Shown here piece after piece: positions 11,093 to 22,531 of a DNA stretch of 64,000 bases. Position numbers and translations under genes: made by a program. The notes beneath the pieces were generated by a model that ran no database searches, was not told the DNA's origin, and saw only the letters and a program-made list of their open reading frames with translations. The stretch lies in the NCBI GenBank assembly GCA_043228905.1, contig JBHGNT010000007.1, positions 22,134,001 to 22,198,000 on the forward strand, read 5' to 3'. Source of the stretch: Azolla caroliniana (lineage: Eukaryota; Plantae; Polypodiophyta). Each line of letters opens with the position of its first letter. Position 1 is the stretch's first letter.

Positions 11093-14000
11093 ATGATGAT
11101 GATGATGGGTCCTCTCTCAACACTTCAAGAAGCTGCAAGAAGCTTCACAAGGTACATATCTCCACGTCAAGATTACCACATTCTTCGCATCGAACATTCG
11201 CCTTTGGGAGGTTTAAACACACTTTCTGGAAGAAGACACTTGGATATCATTTGCAATCATGACAAGGATGAGAAACAAAGAAAAAATAGGTTTCTCTCCA
11301 CTTTATGCTGTGAGAATCGTCTGCCGGTGCATCATCGGGGTAAGCAAGAGATCCTTATTAGATCTCTATGCGAAAAAAAACATTTAAATCAGGCAGTCGA
11401 TATTCTATTTCGCATGGAGACTCCTCCCTCTATCGACATGTATACTTTCCTCCTTAGAGCTTGTAATAAGAGCAATGCATTGCCTCAAGCTAAGAGAATT
11501 CAAGAGCATTTAGAAGCACATCAAGGCCATTTAAATGGATTGATTGGTAACTATCTGGTTGTGACCCTGGCCAAATGTGGAGATATTGAGAATGCATACC
11601 ATATATTCGTAAGACTTTCTTATCAGACCGTCTTCTCTTGGACAGCGATCATATCAGTATATGTTGACTATGGTAGGTCACGAGAAGCTCTCGAAATGTA
11701 TCAACATATGCTAAATGATGGTATAAATCCCGACAACTTCACTTTTGCAGCTTTATTCAAAGCTTGTGGTAGTTTGGGGAATCTAACACATGGAAGAATT
11801 TTACATGGTGATGCATACAACAGGGGACATATATCAGATGTATTTGTTCAGAATACCCTTGTTGCTATGTATGGGAAATGTGGGGCTATTTCCGATGCTG
11901 AGTATGTGTTTGGAAGGTTGGGAGGGAGAGATCTTGTATCATGGAATGCAATGTTGAAAGCATATGTGGAACAGGGTAGGAGTGGAAATGCACTCCTCTT
12001 ATATAGACAAATGATTGATGATGGTGTGGCTCCAGATAAGCACTCTTTAATGTTTTCCCTCCAGGCATGTGGCATCTTAGTTCAGAACCAAGAACAAGAT
12101 CTTCGAAATGACTCGATGATGAACCAAACTGTTTTAGAAATAGGAAAAGCATTTGATGCCGATGCCAGAACAAAGAACATATCATGTGATGTCTTCATAT
12201 GTACTGCAATGTTGAGTATGTATGGAAAATTGGGGGCAATTTGTGAAGCAGAAAACATATTCTCCATGGTTATTCAACGGGACGTCGTCTTATGGAATGC
12301 ACTTTTGTCGGTTTATATCAATGAATATGAAGCAATAAGAGCTTTAATATTTTATGTTCATATGCAAAATGAAGGCATGTGTGGAGACCAACTGACCTTC
12401 TCATTGGCCTTTCAAGCATGTGGCATCCTCGCTGAAGGCAAGGAAGAAATCCTCAATAGGTCCGAAGAATCAACTAAGGAAATGTGTATAGAAATTGGGA
12501 AAGCTTTGCACAATGATGCTGGAATAGAAGGATTTACACTCGATGCCTTTTCTGGCAACACACTTGTGAGCATGTATGCAAAATGTGGTGCCATTGTGGA
12601 AGCAAGAGATGCCTTTTCTTCATTATTGGAACGAAATGCCGTCTCATGGAATGTGATGCTTTCAGCATTCATCAAGCATGGCGAAGGAGAGAAGGCTTTG
12701 AAGTTGTATAGACAAGCTCACCAAGACGGCATAATCCCAGATCAATGCATGTTTATCTCTGCCATTCAAGCGTGCTGTGTTCTTTGTGATATGGAAAATA
12801 CACTTGTTTTAGAAAGAGAAGTAGCACTAGAGATTGGACAAGCATTACACGCTGATGCAAGAAATAGGTCATTCTCAGAAGATGTTTTTCTTAACACTAC
12901 ACTTTGCAGTCTGTATGGAAAGTGTGGTGCAATTTGCAAAGCGGAGCATGTAATCAATGGTTTGCACCATCGAGACACTGTTTCATGGAATGCACTACTC
13001 TCTGCATATGTTGATCATGGTAAAGGAGAGAGAACTTTACATGTCTACAAAGAGATGTTGGAGGAGGGTGTAGGTCCAGATCAGCTCTCTTTTATATGTG
13101 CTTTTCAGGCATGTTGCATACTAGCAGAAGAAGAAGGAGATATTGTTGGGCAGAAGAAGAAAATGACCAAGGTTTCTTGTTTGCAAATAGGTAAGGCATT
13201 GCATGAAGATGCTCATAGGATGGGCTATACATCCGACACTCTCGTCGGCACTGCTATTATGAATATGTATGGAAAATGTGACGCGGTTATTGACTTGGAA
13301 AACACATCTTCTCTCTTATCTTGTCGTGATCTTGTGTCGTGGAATGCAATGCTATCTGTGCTTGGAGACCAAGGACATGGAGAAAGAGTATTACATTTAT
13401 ATCAAGAAATGCAAAACCTAGGGGTGCTGGCAAATGATATTACATTTCTCTCCGTTCTACATGCTTGTAGAGAAACTGGGAGCTTAGAGATATGCAAACA
13501 TATCCATTTCTGCATCACATCTACTGGATTTGATGGAACACCAGCCCTTTCAGCCACACTTATTCATGCTTACGGATGCTGTTCGAGCATTGAGGACACA
13601 AAAGTACTCTTTGATTTTCTTTGTGCCCCTGATTCTGTATCGTGGACTGCTTATATTTCTGGTCTTGCTATAGAAGGAAATTCTTTAGCATGCAAACACA
13701 CGTTTTTGCATCTAAAACTGGTAGGCATTACGCCTGATAATGTATTGTTTACATCTGTTCTCTCAGCTTGTAGTCGCACTGGCCTGGTCCTTGAAGCTAT
13801 TGAGTATTTTGAATCTATGATGAGAGATCATGGATTAAGTCGGAATTTGAAGCATTACAGCATTATGTTGGAAGTCCTTGGGCGTGCTGGCGACTTCAAG
13901 AGACTAGAAAATCTCTTAGCAAACATGCCAATGAAGGCTGATTTGACCATTTGGTTATGCTTATTAGGAGCATGCAACACACATGGCAATTTGGAGATGG

Positions 14001-14107
14001 CAAAACAAGTATTTGCCCATGCTTTAGATATGCACCCTCAGCAAGCCACTGCATATGTCATGATGGCGAACATCTATGCAGAAGCTGAAGGCTCAAAATG
14101 CTCTTGA
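11093..14107 (+). CDS. PLS-class pentatricopeptide repeat protein with truncated E domain and no DYW; putative organellar RNA-editing factor
   Basis: Intronless ORF of about 1004 aa with repeated P (VSWNAML), L (FxxALQAC) and S (LVxMYGKCG) motifs. Ends with HYSIMLEVLGRAG, IWLCLLGACNTHGN and AYVMMANIYA, then a stop. Confidence 0.95.
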   Translation: MMMMMGPLSTLQEAARSFTRYISPRQDYHILRIEHSPLGGLNTLSGRRHLDIICNHDKDEKQRKNRFLSTLCCENRLPVHHRGKQEILIRSLCEKKHLNQAVDILFRMETPPSIDMYTFLLRACNKSNALPQAKRIQEHLEAHQGHLNGLIGNYLVVTLAKCGDIENAYHIFVRLSYQTVFSWTAIISVYVDYGRSREALEMYQHMLNDGINPDNFTFAALFKACGSLGNLTHGRILHGDAYNRGHISDVFVQNTLVAMYGKCGAISDAEYVFGRLGGRDLVSWNAMLKAYVEQGRSGNALLLYRQMIDDGVAPDKHSLMFSLQACGILVQNQEQDLRNDSMMNQTVLEIGKAFDADARTKNISCDVFICTAMLSMYGKLGAICEAENIFSMVIQRDVVLWNALLSVYINEYEAIRALIFYVHMQNEGMCGDQLTFSLAFQACGILAEGKEEILNRSEESTKEMCIEIGKALHNDAGIEGFTLDAFSGNTLVSMYAKCGAIVEARDAFSSLLERNAVSWNVMLSAFIKHGEGEKALKLYRQAHQDGIIPDQCMFISAIQACCVLCDMENTLVLEREVALEIGQALHADARNRSFSEDVFLNTTLCSLYGKCGAICKAEHVINGLHHRDTVSWNALLSAYVDHGKGERTLHVYKEMLEEGVGPDQLSFICAFQACCILAEEEGDIVGQKKKMTKVSCLQIGKALHEDAHRMGYTSDTLVGTAIMNMYGKCDAVIDLENTSSLLSCRDLVSWNAMLSVLGDQGHGERVLHLYQEMQNLGVLANDITFLSVLHACRETGSLEICKHIHFCITSTGFDGTPALSATLIHAYGCCSSIEDTKVLFDFLCAPDSVSWTAYISGLAIEGNSLACKHTFLHLKLVGITPDNVLFTSVLSACSRTGLVLEAIEYFESMMRDHGLSRNLKHYSIMLEVLGRAGDFKRLENLLANMPMKADLTIWLCLLGACNTHGNLEMAKQVFAHALDMHPQQATAYVMMANIYAEAEGSKCS

Positions 14108-14936
14108 GCAGAGGAAGCTGAGGATAGTCATTTGAGATGGAGATAATGTGAAGTAACAGATTCTATTTTTTGATAGTCAATGAGATTACTATCAAGAATA
14201 GCTGAAATAAACTTTGATGGTATCCTTCTATACTCACTATCATGCACATATTTATTCATCCAAGAATCTATATCTACTACCAATCTTGATCAAATGGAAG
14301 TGTATTTTTATCAAGGATGAGTGAGAGATACTACAGTTTCTAACTCCTGTTTGTATTTGTATAGCTGATAACAATCAAACAGTTTATTCACCTAAGAATG
14401 TATCATACAAGCAATCTTTATGAAATGGAATTGTATTTGATCAAGGATGAATGAGATATTACAATTTCCAAAGTTTGTTTATATTTGTAGCTCTTATTAA
14501 TAACACACAACCACCACAATATTAGTTTGAAAGGAAAATGGGGAATGTGGAAAGACAAACGAAGTTTGATCAACGTTAAATCTTTAATATGTTTATATAT
14601 GTCCAATCATCGTTTTTTCTTTCTTTCTTTCATCTAAAAATCGGTAAAATGTTTAGAAAATCTAGCTCACTTCTTTCAATGTATTTTGTCAGGCGGAGTC
14701 CTCTTATTGCAAAATAATATCTTTCCAAAGTCTGCAATACCTGAATTGAGACCTCTAAATAGATAATGGAAAATGCTTCTCTCAACCATTTCATTCATTG
14801 TAAAGTACGAAAGAAAGTAATAAACATGTTAGGTGCAAGCATCCAAACGTTTGAAAACGTTTGGAAACGAACACGTTTGAAAAGGGAAAAATGCGTGTTC
14901 CTTTTTTTCCCCCTTTTGTATTTTTGTTTGGAAGAG

Positions 14937-14939
<3 letters not shown>

Positions 14940-14990
<51 letters not shown>
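14940..14990. repeat. (CT)n microsatellite upstream of the hAT ORF
   Basis: Seen directly in the sequence. Confidence 0.9.
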
Positions 14991-15163
14991 CGGGACTTTG
15001 TTGCAGGCCCTGCCCCAACATCTTCATTGCATCAGCTACAGCCCACAACTTGCCCAAATATATTCCAGTATGTAAATCAGTCTTGCCACAGTCTACATCG
15101 GTAAGTCCTCAATTCTATTGTAGCTTTGGCACTACAGTTCTTGTCGAAATTTAGGTAACCAAA

Positions 15164-17254
15164 ATGGGTAGACAAAAGGGTGAAGAATGGAACCATGTCT
15201 TGATTCTTAAGAAGCATCCCAAAGGTATGCATGTTATGCAATGCAAATATTGCAACCATACTTATGCTGGTGGTCCACAACGGATTAGGGTCCACTTATT
15301 GGGATTGAGAGGACAAGGTGTGGAGAAATGTAAGCATGCAAGTAATGATGTAAAACAGCAAATCAAGAGATTAATGGGGATTGCAGGTGAGGAAGTTGTT
15401 TCAAATGTTGATGCACCTATTCCAAATGAAAATCAAAGTATTACTTCTACATCGATTTCTGAAAATGAAATGCATAATGTATCTCAGCCTCAAGCATGTA
15501 ATGAAACAAAGAAAAAAATAAAATTGGATGCAATTGGTTCCTCACAGATGTCATGGAATATGCAATTAAGGAAAAATGCAGAAGAGGCACTTGCAAGGTT
15601 CTTCTATGCTGAAGATATTCCACATGGAAAAGTAGAAAGTTCATTTTTCCATGATATGCTTAAGGCTGTTGGACAAGTTGGGCCTTCTTTTAAACCACCT
15701 TCTGCGTATCAATTGCGCAATAAGTATTTGAATGCAGAAATTAAAACTATCGAACTCGATTTATCACAAATGAAAGAATATTGGAAAACATATGGATGCA
15801 CAATAGTCAGTGATGGCTGGACTGATACTAGAAATAGACCGATTATTAATGTTATGGCATCATCTATGTATGGCTCAGTATTTTTGAAATCAGTGGACAC
15901 AAGTGGTCATGTTAAGACAGGAGAATACATTTTTAACATTTTAAAAGATGTTATTCTTGAAGTTGGACCATTGAACGTAGTGCAAGTTTGTATGGATAAC
16001 GCTACTAATTGTGTGGTGGCAGGGGAGATGATAGAAAAAGAGTGGCCATCAATTTTCTATACTAGATGCACATGCCATTGTGTAGATTTGTTATTTGAGG
16101 ATATAGCCAAATTGGCTTGGATTGATAACATTTTGCAATCAGCTATGAAGATTACCGTTTTCATAACTAGAAAACAAAATGTTTTGGCAATGTTTCGAAG
16201 ATTTAGTGAGAAAGAATTGCTTAAACCTTCTAATACAAGGTTTGCATATAGTTTTATTGTTCTTTCGAATTTGCTAGATGAGAGAGTATATGGTGGTTTG
16301 AGAAAAATGATGGTCAGTGAACAATGGGGCAAATGGAAGGGATCTAAAACAAAGAAGGCTAAGGAGATAGTTACAATTATTCTTGACCCTAGATTTTGGT
16401 CAGATGTGAAGATGATAGTGACATTATGCAACCCAATTTTGAAACTACTTCGTTTAGCAGATAGGGAGGGTGCTACTATGGGATTGATTTATGATTGTAT
16501 GCAACAAATGATAAAAGAAATAAATAATATGTCTTTGATAGAAATGGATCCTATGAAGCTTGATGAAATCAAATTGTGTTGCAGAAATAGATGGTCAATG
16601 TTGCAATCTCCATTACATCTTATAGGGTATGTTTTGCATCCAATATGGACTGGAAACGGTCAAGAAATAAATAATGAGATGAATACTGGTTGGATGACAA
16701 CAATCATGCGTTATGCTAGTGGAAATCAAGATTTGCAAAATGCCTTGATAGATGAGTTTTATGCTTATAGAAAACAAACATGCAATATGTTTCGTCTTCC
16801 ATTTGCAAAGGATTTAAATAGAATGATAAATCCAGTTATGTGGTGGGAAACATTTGGAACAGCTACTCCCAATTTGATGAAACTCGCAATTCGTGTGCTC
16901 TCACAAGGTTCTAGTGCATCTCCATGTGAAAGGAATCGGAGTACATTTTCTCTTCTACATACAAGAAGAAGAAAGAGGTTATCCCAAAGTCATGTGGAGA
17001 AATTAGTGTATTTGCACACTAATTTACGGCTTCTCAAGAGGATCAAAGAAAGACGTTACACTCCATTGGAAATTACAATGGAAATGGTTGATAAAGAGGA
17101 TGATGCAGAAAGGTTATTGAACTTGCAAAAAGAGCGAGAAATTTTACAAAATGAAAATTCAAATGATATCCTCAATAGTATGCAAGATGAGGAGAATATT
17201 GAAGACAATTATGTCATTGGTGGTAATGAGGCACATTCTAGTGAGAACCCTTAA
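15164..17254 (+). CDS. hAT-superfamily transposase (BED zinc finger, DUF659/RNase H-like core, hATC dimerisation domain)
   Basis: CKYC..HL..C BED finger, SDGWTD, MDNA, CTCHC, WWETFG, LAIRVLSQ and SASPCERN. The ORF is uninterrupted for 696 aa. Confidence 0.93.
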   Translation: MGRQKGEEWNHVLILKKHPKGMHVMQCKYCNHTYAGGPQRIRVHLLGLRGQGVEKCKHASNDVKQQIKRLMGIAGEEVVSNVDAPIPNENQSITSTSISENEMHNVSQPQACNETKKKIKLDAIGSSQMSWNMQLRKNAEEALARFFYAEDIPHGKVESSFFHDMLKAVGQVGPSFKPPSAYQLRNKYLNAEIKTIELDLSQMKEYWKTYGCTIVSDGWTDTRNRPIINVMASSMYGSVFLKSVDTSGHVKTGEYIFNILKDVILEVGPLNVVQVCMDNATNCVVAGEMIEKEWPSIFYTRCTCHCVDLLFEDIAKLAWIDNILQSAMKITVFITRKQNVLAMFRRFSEKELLKPSNTRFAYSFIVLSNLLDERVYGGLRKMMVSEQWGKWKGSKTKKAKEIVTIILDPRFWSDVKMIVTLCNPILKLLRLADREGATMGLIYDCMQQMIKEINNMSLIEMDPMKLDEIKLCCRNRWSMLQSPLHLIGYVLHPIWTGNGQEINNEMNTGWMTTIMRYASGNQDLQNALIDEFYAYRKQTCNMFRLPFAKDLNRMINPVMWWETFGTATPNLMKLAIRVLSQGSSASPCERNRSTFSLLHTRRRKRLSQSHVEKLVYLHTNLRLLKRIKERRYTPLEITMEMVDKEDDAERLLNLQKEREILQNENSNDILNSMQDEENIEDNYVIGGNEAHSSENP

Positions 17255-17458
17255 AATAGTGTCATGTTTTCTTCATATAGTCAAATATAAGTTTTATGAG
17301 TTTTTGAACGTTTGATTATAATTTATAATGACATTTTGATTCAATCTTTATAGTTCATAATCATTTTTTTGTAAAGTTCTAATGTGAAGAAATTGATACC
17401 TTCACTAGTTACGATGATAAGAAGAAACCAAGAGATAGAGATGGTGAGGAGGATAGCA

Positions 17459-17579
17459 ATGTTTTGATTCTTAAGAAGCATCCCAAAGGTATACATGTGA
17501 TACAATGCAAATATTGCAACCATACTTATGTTGGTGGTCCATAACGGATTAGAGTCAACTTATTGGGATAGAGAGGACA
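17459..17579 (+). repeat. Degenerate direct copy of the hAT 5' coding segment (about 15195-15316)
   Basis: TTGATTCTTAAGAAGCATCCCAAAGGTAT...GAGAGGACA is shared. The copy has two in-frame stops. Confidence 0.9.
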
Positions 17580-18348
17580 TGTGACTGAATCAATATATAA
17601 TATAGACCATAGTCATTTTTTGAAATTCCATTCTTTATTTATTTTTTCCAACTTATAAATCCAATCCAACTTTGAGATGATTTACCACACGTTTGATTGA
17701 ATCATTCAAGAATGCGAATGCACGTATGGTACGTATGGTTCATTCTATGATTGTACTCAAATAGGAAAATAATCATGACTTGCCACATATACATTTACTG
17801 AATGAGAATTCACAATGGCTTATTATAGTCACCTCAGTAGAGTTTGTCTCACTTTGAACGTACGCTTTCAACTCCAATAACTTCGTGAATGATCATCCTC
17901 CTTTCTTAATGAAGAATTAGGAGGAAAGATATGAAGCACTAGAGCAACTCATGGCCAAGAAACCAAATCTTTGAGCTATTTGTAGGACAACATGATTCGA
18001 CAGTTACTATCGTAGTAGTACTCACTGCTCATCAAAGAAGCATTCATATTATTACAACGGCATTTCTGATACAAAATACAATAATAACCAAATCACTGTG
18101 AACCTACGGCACTCATGCCTGTAACACTGAGTTTAATTAAAGTACCATTTTACCTGTGCAGGATATATGATAATTTACAGTGGATAAGCTTGAACCACTT
18201 GCAACTCACCTCAATAGAAATACAACTCAAAAAGATAATGGATCCTTTAAAGACTTTTTCACACTTTCCAGAACATGTATCTGACATATATACCACTACA
18301 TTTGCCATGAAGAATACATAAAGGATGGCTTTTGGAAACAACTTTCTT

Positions 18349-21242
18349 CTACCTCTCTTTTGCATCATTGGAACATGCAGAAGAAGAATCCTTGCTAGAG
18401 ATAACTGCTGCCAACGAGATGGGCATGAGACATAATCCCTTTTTTTGCAAGAAACGCATGGCTGAGCTCATGTCGACCTCCATTAATTTCACAACTTCCT
18501 CTTCAGCCTTAATAATTTTGCTACTATAGTCAGCATTGGTATTTGCAGCCATACCTGCTTCAACACTGCTTTGCCCCTGGGAAATCCACATGTAGATTGT
18601 GGTAATGAACAATAAGTTGGAGGTATTTTTACCATTAAATTCAAAAAGCAATATGAAAATCGAACAATGTTTCGTCAGTATTGGATACCGAAAAGATCGG
18701 AGATTCAGGGAATGTTTGACGCTGATGACATATCTCATCTGAACAAATATCTGCTGCAAGAAGTGGTGCAACAGCACCTGTGCTGCCCAATTTGTTCAAA
18801 TTTAGCACCTGTAAATGAGACAAAATATGACTTCTAAATATCACCTCAATGATATCATATGGTGGAAAGGGGAACATTAAATTGAGATGTAAAAGAAGAA
18901 GATATTTTCTACTAAACGATACTGGCATGTTGTTTCTATTCTTGAAACTCTCATGATACTAGTATGTTATTTCCTATTCTTAGCACTCTTATGATGTTCG
19001 CATTTGTTGTAACCTATTCTTGTCACCTTTATTAGGCTGGCTAGAATTTTGTATGCTAGTCTTTGCACTCTTATGACATTAACTTGCCGTCTAGAGTCAC
19101 ACTTCTACGAACTAAACTAAGAGTAAACATAAGGCTAAATTACAGGTATAGATCGAATTAGACTTCACCCTAGGCCATATATTGACTAGACAAAAAGGCC
19201 AGAGACTGTATTATCTGGTGGGGATCAAATATAGTGCTCCTATTGGAGCACATAATGTCTCCACCCTAACAAGATGTTCTTATTATTTGTGAATGTTCAC
19301 CAAGTTCAACCATTTCAATACGATGTAATCTGCAAAATATGTCTATAATCATCTGTATGTTATATGTCATCTATAGGCACTGATAATGGATGTGACCTCG
19401 AGTAAAATAATTACTACATATTCACAGAAATACCCATGCACACATGAAAGGTATATATGTTGGAGCCTGAAAGAGCATAAAAACACCAAAAATACCCCAA
19501 CTTGTCCAGTGGTTCCGAAAAATATATCTACGTTTTCCAAAATGTCAGAATACACCTTGGTAGTTAAGGGTATATATCAAGCATGGTAGGGAGCATACCG
19601 TGGTTTGCAGTTGCAAAAACTTCACATAACTAATTATGTCATCGAGCATAGATCCCTTGTCTACCTGTTCCAAAATGAGAAGCAAGAGGGTGAAACCTGT
19701 CACAACTAAAAGAAAAAGTGGACATCTGGAATTTTCTATTCATAAAAGATCTATCTTAATGCATGTATATCTTCTCAATACAAAAGTAATTGTCATGTAT
19801 GGCTAGTCCCTTGGTATTCAAACCCATGATTCAACAACCAATTATTATGCCATTCCAAAATCATAAGATTTTTATAGTCCACTAAAACCATTAGTTGATT
19901 ATTCTCATCCTCCACCACAAGCCCGGACATCCTAGGCAGTATACTTTACCGCAAAAATTTGTTTTTAATTCGTGGATCTAGATGATAATCAATAGGCATG
20001 GAAAGAAGAACCGTGGCATTAGATTGATCAATAAGTTTCTTCAGCATCCTTCACTAACTTTCTGAAGAAATTCTTTTGTCTATTTTAACAATATTTATAC
20101 CTTGCTTATGTTTGGGACAAGCTCCTGCAATTTTTTCATCCCATCTGCAATTCTTTCCCGACGATGCTGCACAAAATCGTAGCCAATAGTAAACTATGAG
20201 AGATTGCACTCTAGAGATATGCATAAAAAAGAGGGCTAAATTGCATTGAGTAAACCCTAAACCAATACATGGGTGTTGTATTGCCAATATACATACACGT
20301 TCAGCGATGCTATGTGGGTCAGTGGCTTGCCCACGTCGGGCCCTCGTACGCGGTTTCACATTTCCGTTGGCCAGTGTAGAATTGATTTGAGGCTGGTGAT
20401 AAGAATATACTGACTGTTGTCAATATGTGTATATATAAATATCAAGAGATTAGCCTTTCAAAAAGAAATAATGATATTTAGCATCTCACAAAGAAATATT
20501 CTTGTTGTGCCCTTCATCAAATATTTTCGTTATATAAGGATTTCACTATGCTCATATAAGAACCTGTGAATGTTGCCCAACCCGCATTTCTACTCTTCCT
20601 TGTCCTCTGTTTGATGCGTCCAGTGCTCGATGTCTACGCCATGGGGCTGCCTTCAAGTAAGTAAATACAGCAAATTTCCATATCATAAAATTTATGTACA
20701 GTCCTTTTGAAAACATTAAGAATTTCTTTGAATCTTGACATGACTAAGGTAATATTGACATCCAATAAGCTTATAATAATACTACTCACTTCATCACTCC
20801 AAAGTTGTTTACTGAGATAACTTGGTTCAATTGGTAATATTGTCTCTGGCGTTGGGCCACTCGTAAAAGGCCGAGAAGAAACAGTCACTGTGGCAGCTGA
20901 CACAGTCTGATGTTTTTCAAAATGATTCACTTGGGCTGAAAGAAGTGGATCATATTGATGCATTATGTTCCTATGATCGTACATTAATAGACCTTGATGT
21001 TCATTAGGGCTCAGTAGGGATTCTTTTTCTACAGAATCTTTTCCAGTGAGATAAGGTGCCATGGAACTAACCCTCGAAGCATGATTACAACATTTATTCT
21101 CTGCTAAATCATTAGTATTGTTGATTGTGGAACAATGGTATGCATTGCTACCATATTCGAAATTGCCGATACTATTCCAAGAGTGCTTTCCCATACCATT
21201 CAGTTGCTCTTGCCAAGATGAGATTGCAAAGAGATCATCCAT
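18349..21242 (-). CDS. bHLH transcription factor, LRL/UNE12-like (subfamily XI), 7 exons, about 370 aa
   Basis: Exons 21242-20790, 20650-20564, 20392-20297, 20166-20101, 19664-19599, 18808-18689 and 18576-18349, all GT-AG and in phase. Contains [53 protein letters not shown] and the LRL domain EVVKLMEVDMSSAMRFLQKKGLCLMPISLA. Confidence 0.92.
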
Positions 21243-22039
21243 ATTCTTGGGATCTATTTACAGCTTTATTAATTCGAGCTTGTTTTACAATTTTGATATT
21301 ACACCTACATGGCACAAAAACACATATGCATATAAATAGATTCTCAAGTATAAATATATGATTATCTGATTAAATATCATGTAATATGATATACTGCAAC
21401 CCAACTTTTTCAAATGTGCATATAAAATATCACATATGAAAGAAGACCCATATATGCAGGCATATATGTAATAAGCATGCAAATATGTGCATTTTTTTGC
21501 AATGAGATAATACCATATAAACGTATGTGTGCTTGTATACATATGTATGTATATGTGCAAACGCATTCTTTGAAGTTTGCAATTGCAGGATCATTATGAA
21601 AAAGAAAGAGGATTCATCAAACAAATCCATACCTTGTTGTAATGAGGCACGAAAATCAGAGCAATCAGATTCCGTTTCTTCTTATCGATGATTAAATGGG
21701 AGTTGAGATCAAAACCAAACAAAAAAAAAAACCATGAAGAGTTTTAGGCAATGATAATGAAGAACAGGGGATTAATGAAGTAATACTGATAATAAGAGGC
21801 TAAAAATTACCACACACACACACATGTATGTATGTTTGTATCTGTATATACAAGAGTTCAGGTTGCAGGGTGTGCTTGAAAGGTCACACATAAAGAGTCC
21901 AGAAATCTTTAAATAATGAGGAATTTAAAAGTTACATATATATTAAAAAAACATTCACTTAAGATTCCAAAGGAGATACTAAAGGACACTAAAACAGGGT
22001 AGGCCCAAGAGAATGTTGGTAAAGCAAGAAAGAATCAAC

Positions 22040-22042
22040 CCA

Positions 22043-22106
<64 letters not shown>

Positions 22107-22279
22107 CATGTTTAGATGAATGTATGTATGTATGTATGTATGTGTGCATGTATAGATATATGCACATGAAGATGAATGTATGTATGTATGTGTAGATGTA
22201 TGTATGTATGTGTGCATGTATAGATGTATGCACATGAAGATGAATGTATGTATTATGTATGTATGTATGTAGATGTATG

Positions 22280-22313
<34 letters not shown>

Positions 22314-22465
22314 ATATGTATGTATGTTATGTTATGTTATGTTATGTTATGTGTGTGTGTGTGTCTATGTATGTAAACTAGTCCTTGAAACTAACACTTG
22401 TGTGCCCTTACACTCTCTCTCTTTTTGACTCTGACAATCTCACTACCCGACACAACACGCGCATG

Positions 22466-22530
<65 letters not shown>
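22040..22530. repeat. Compound microsatellite cluster: (GT)n, (TATG)n, (GTTAT)n, (GA)n(GT)n
   Basis: Seen directly, upstream of the bHLH gene. Confidence 0.95.

Positions 22531-22531
<1 letters not shown>

Noticed and set aside
11093-21242. PPR + hAT + bHLH as a functional cluster
   Set aside because: Adjacency in a plant genome does not imply a shared pathway, and no fusion or shared regulation is visible.
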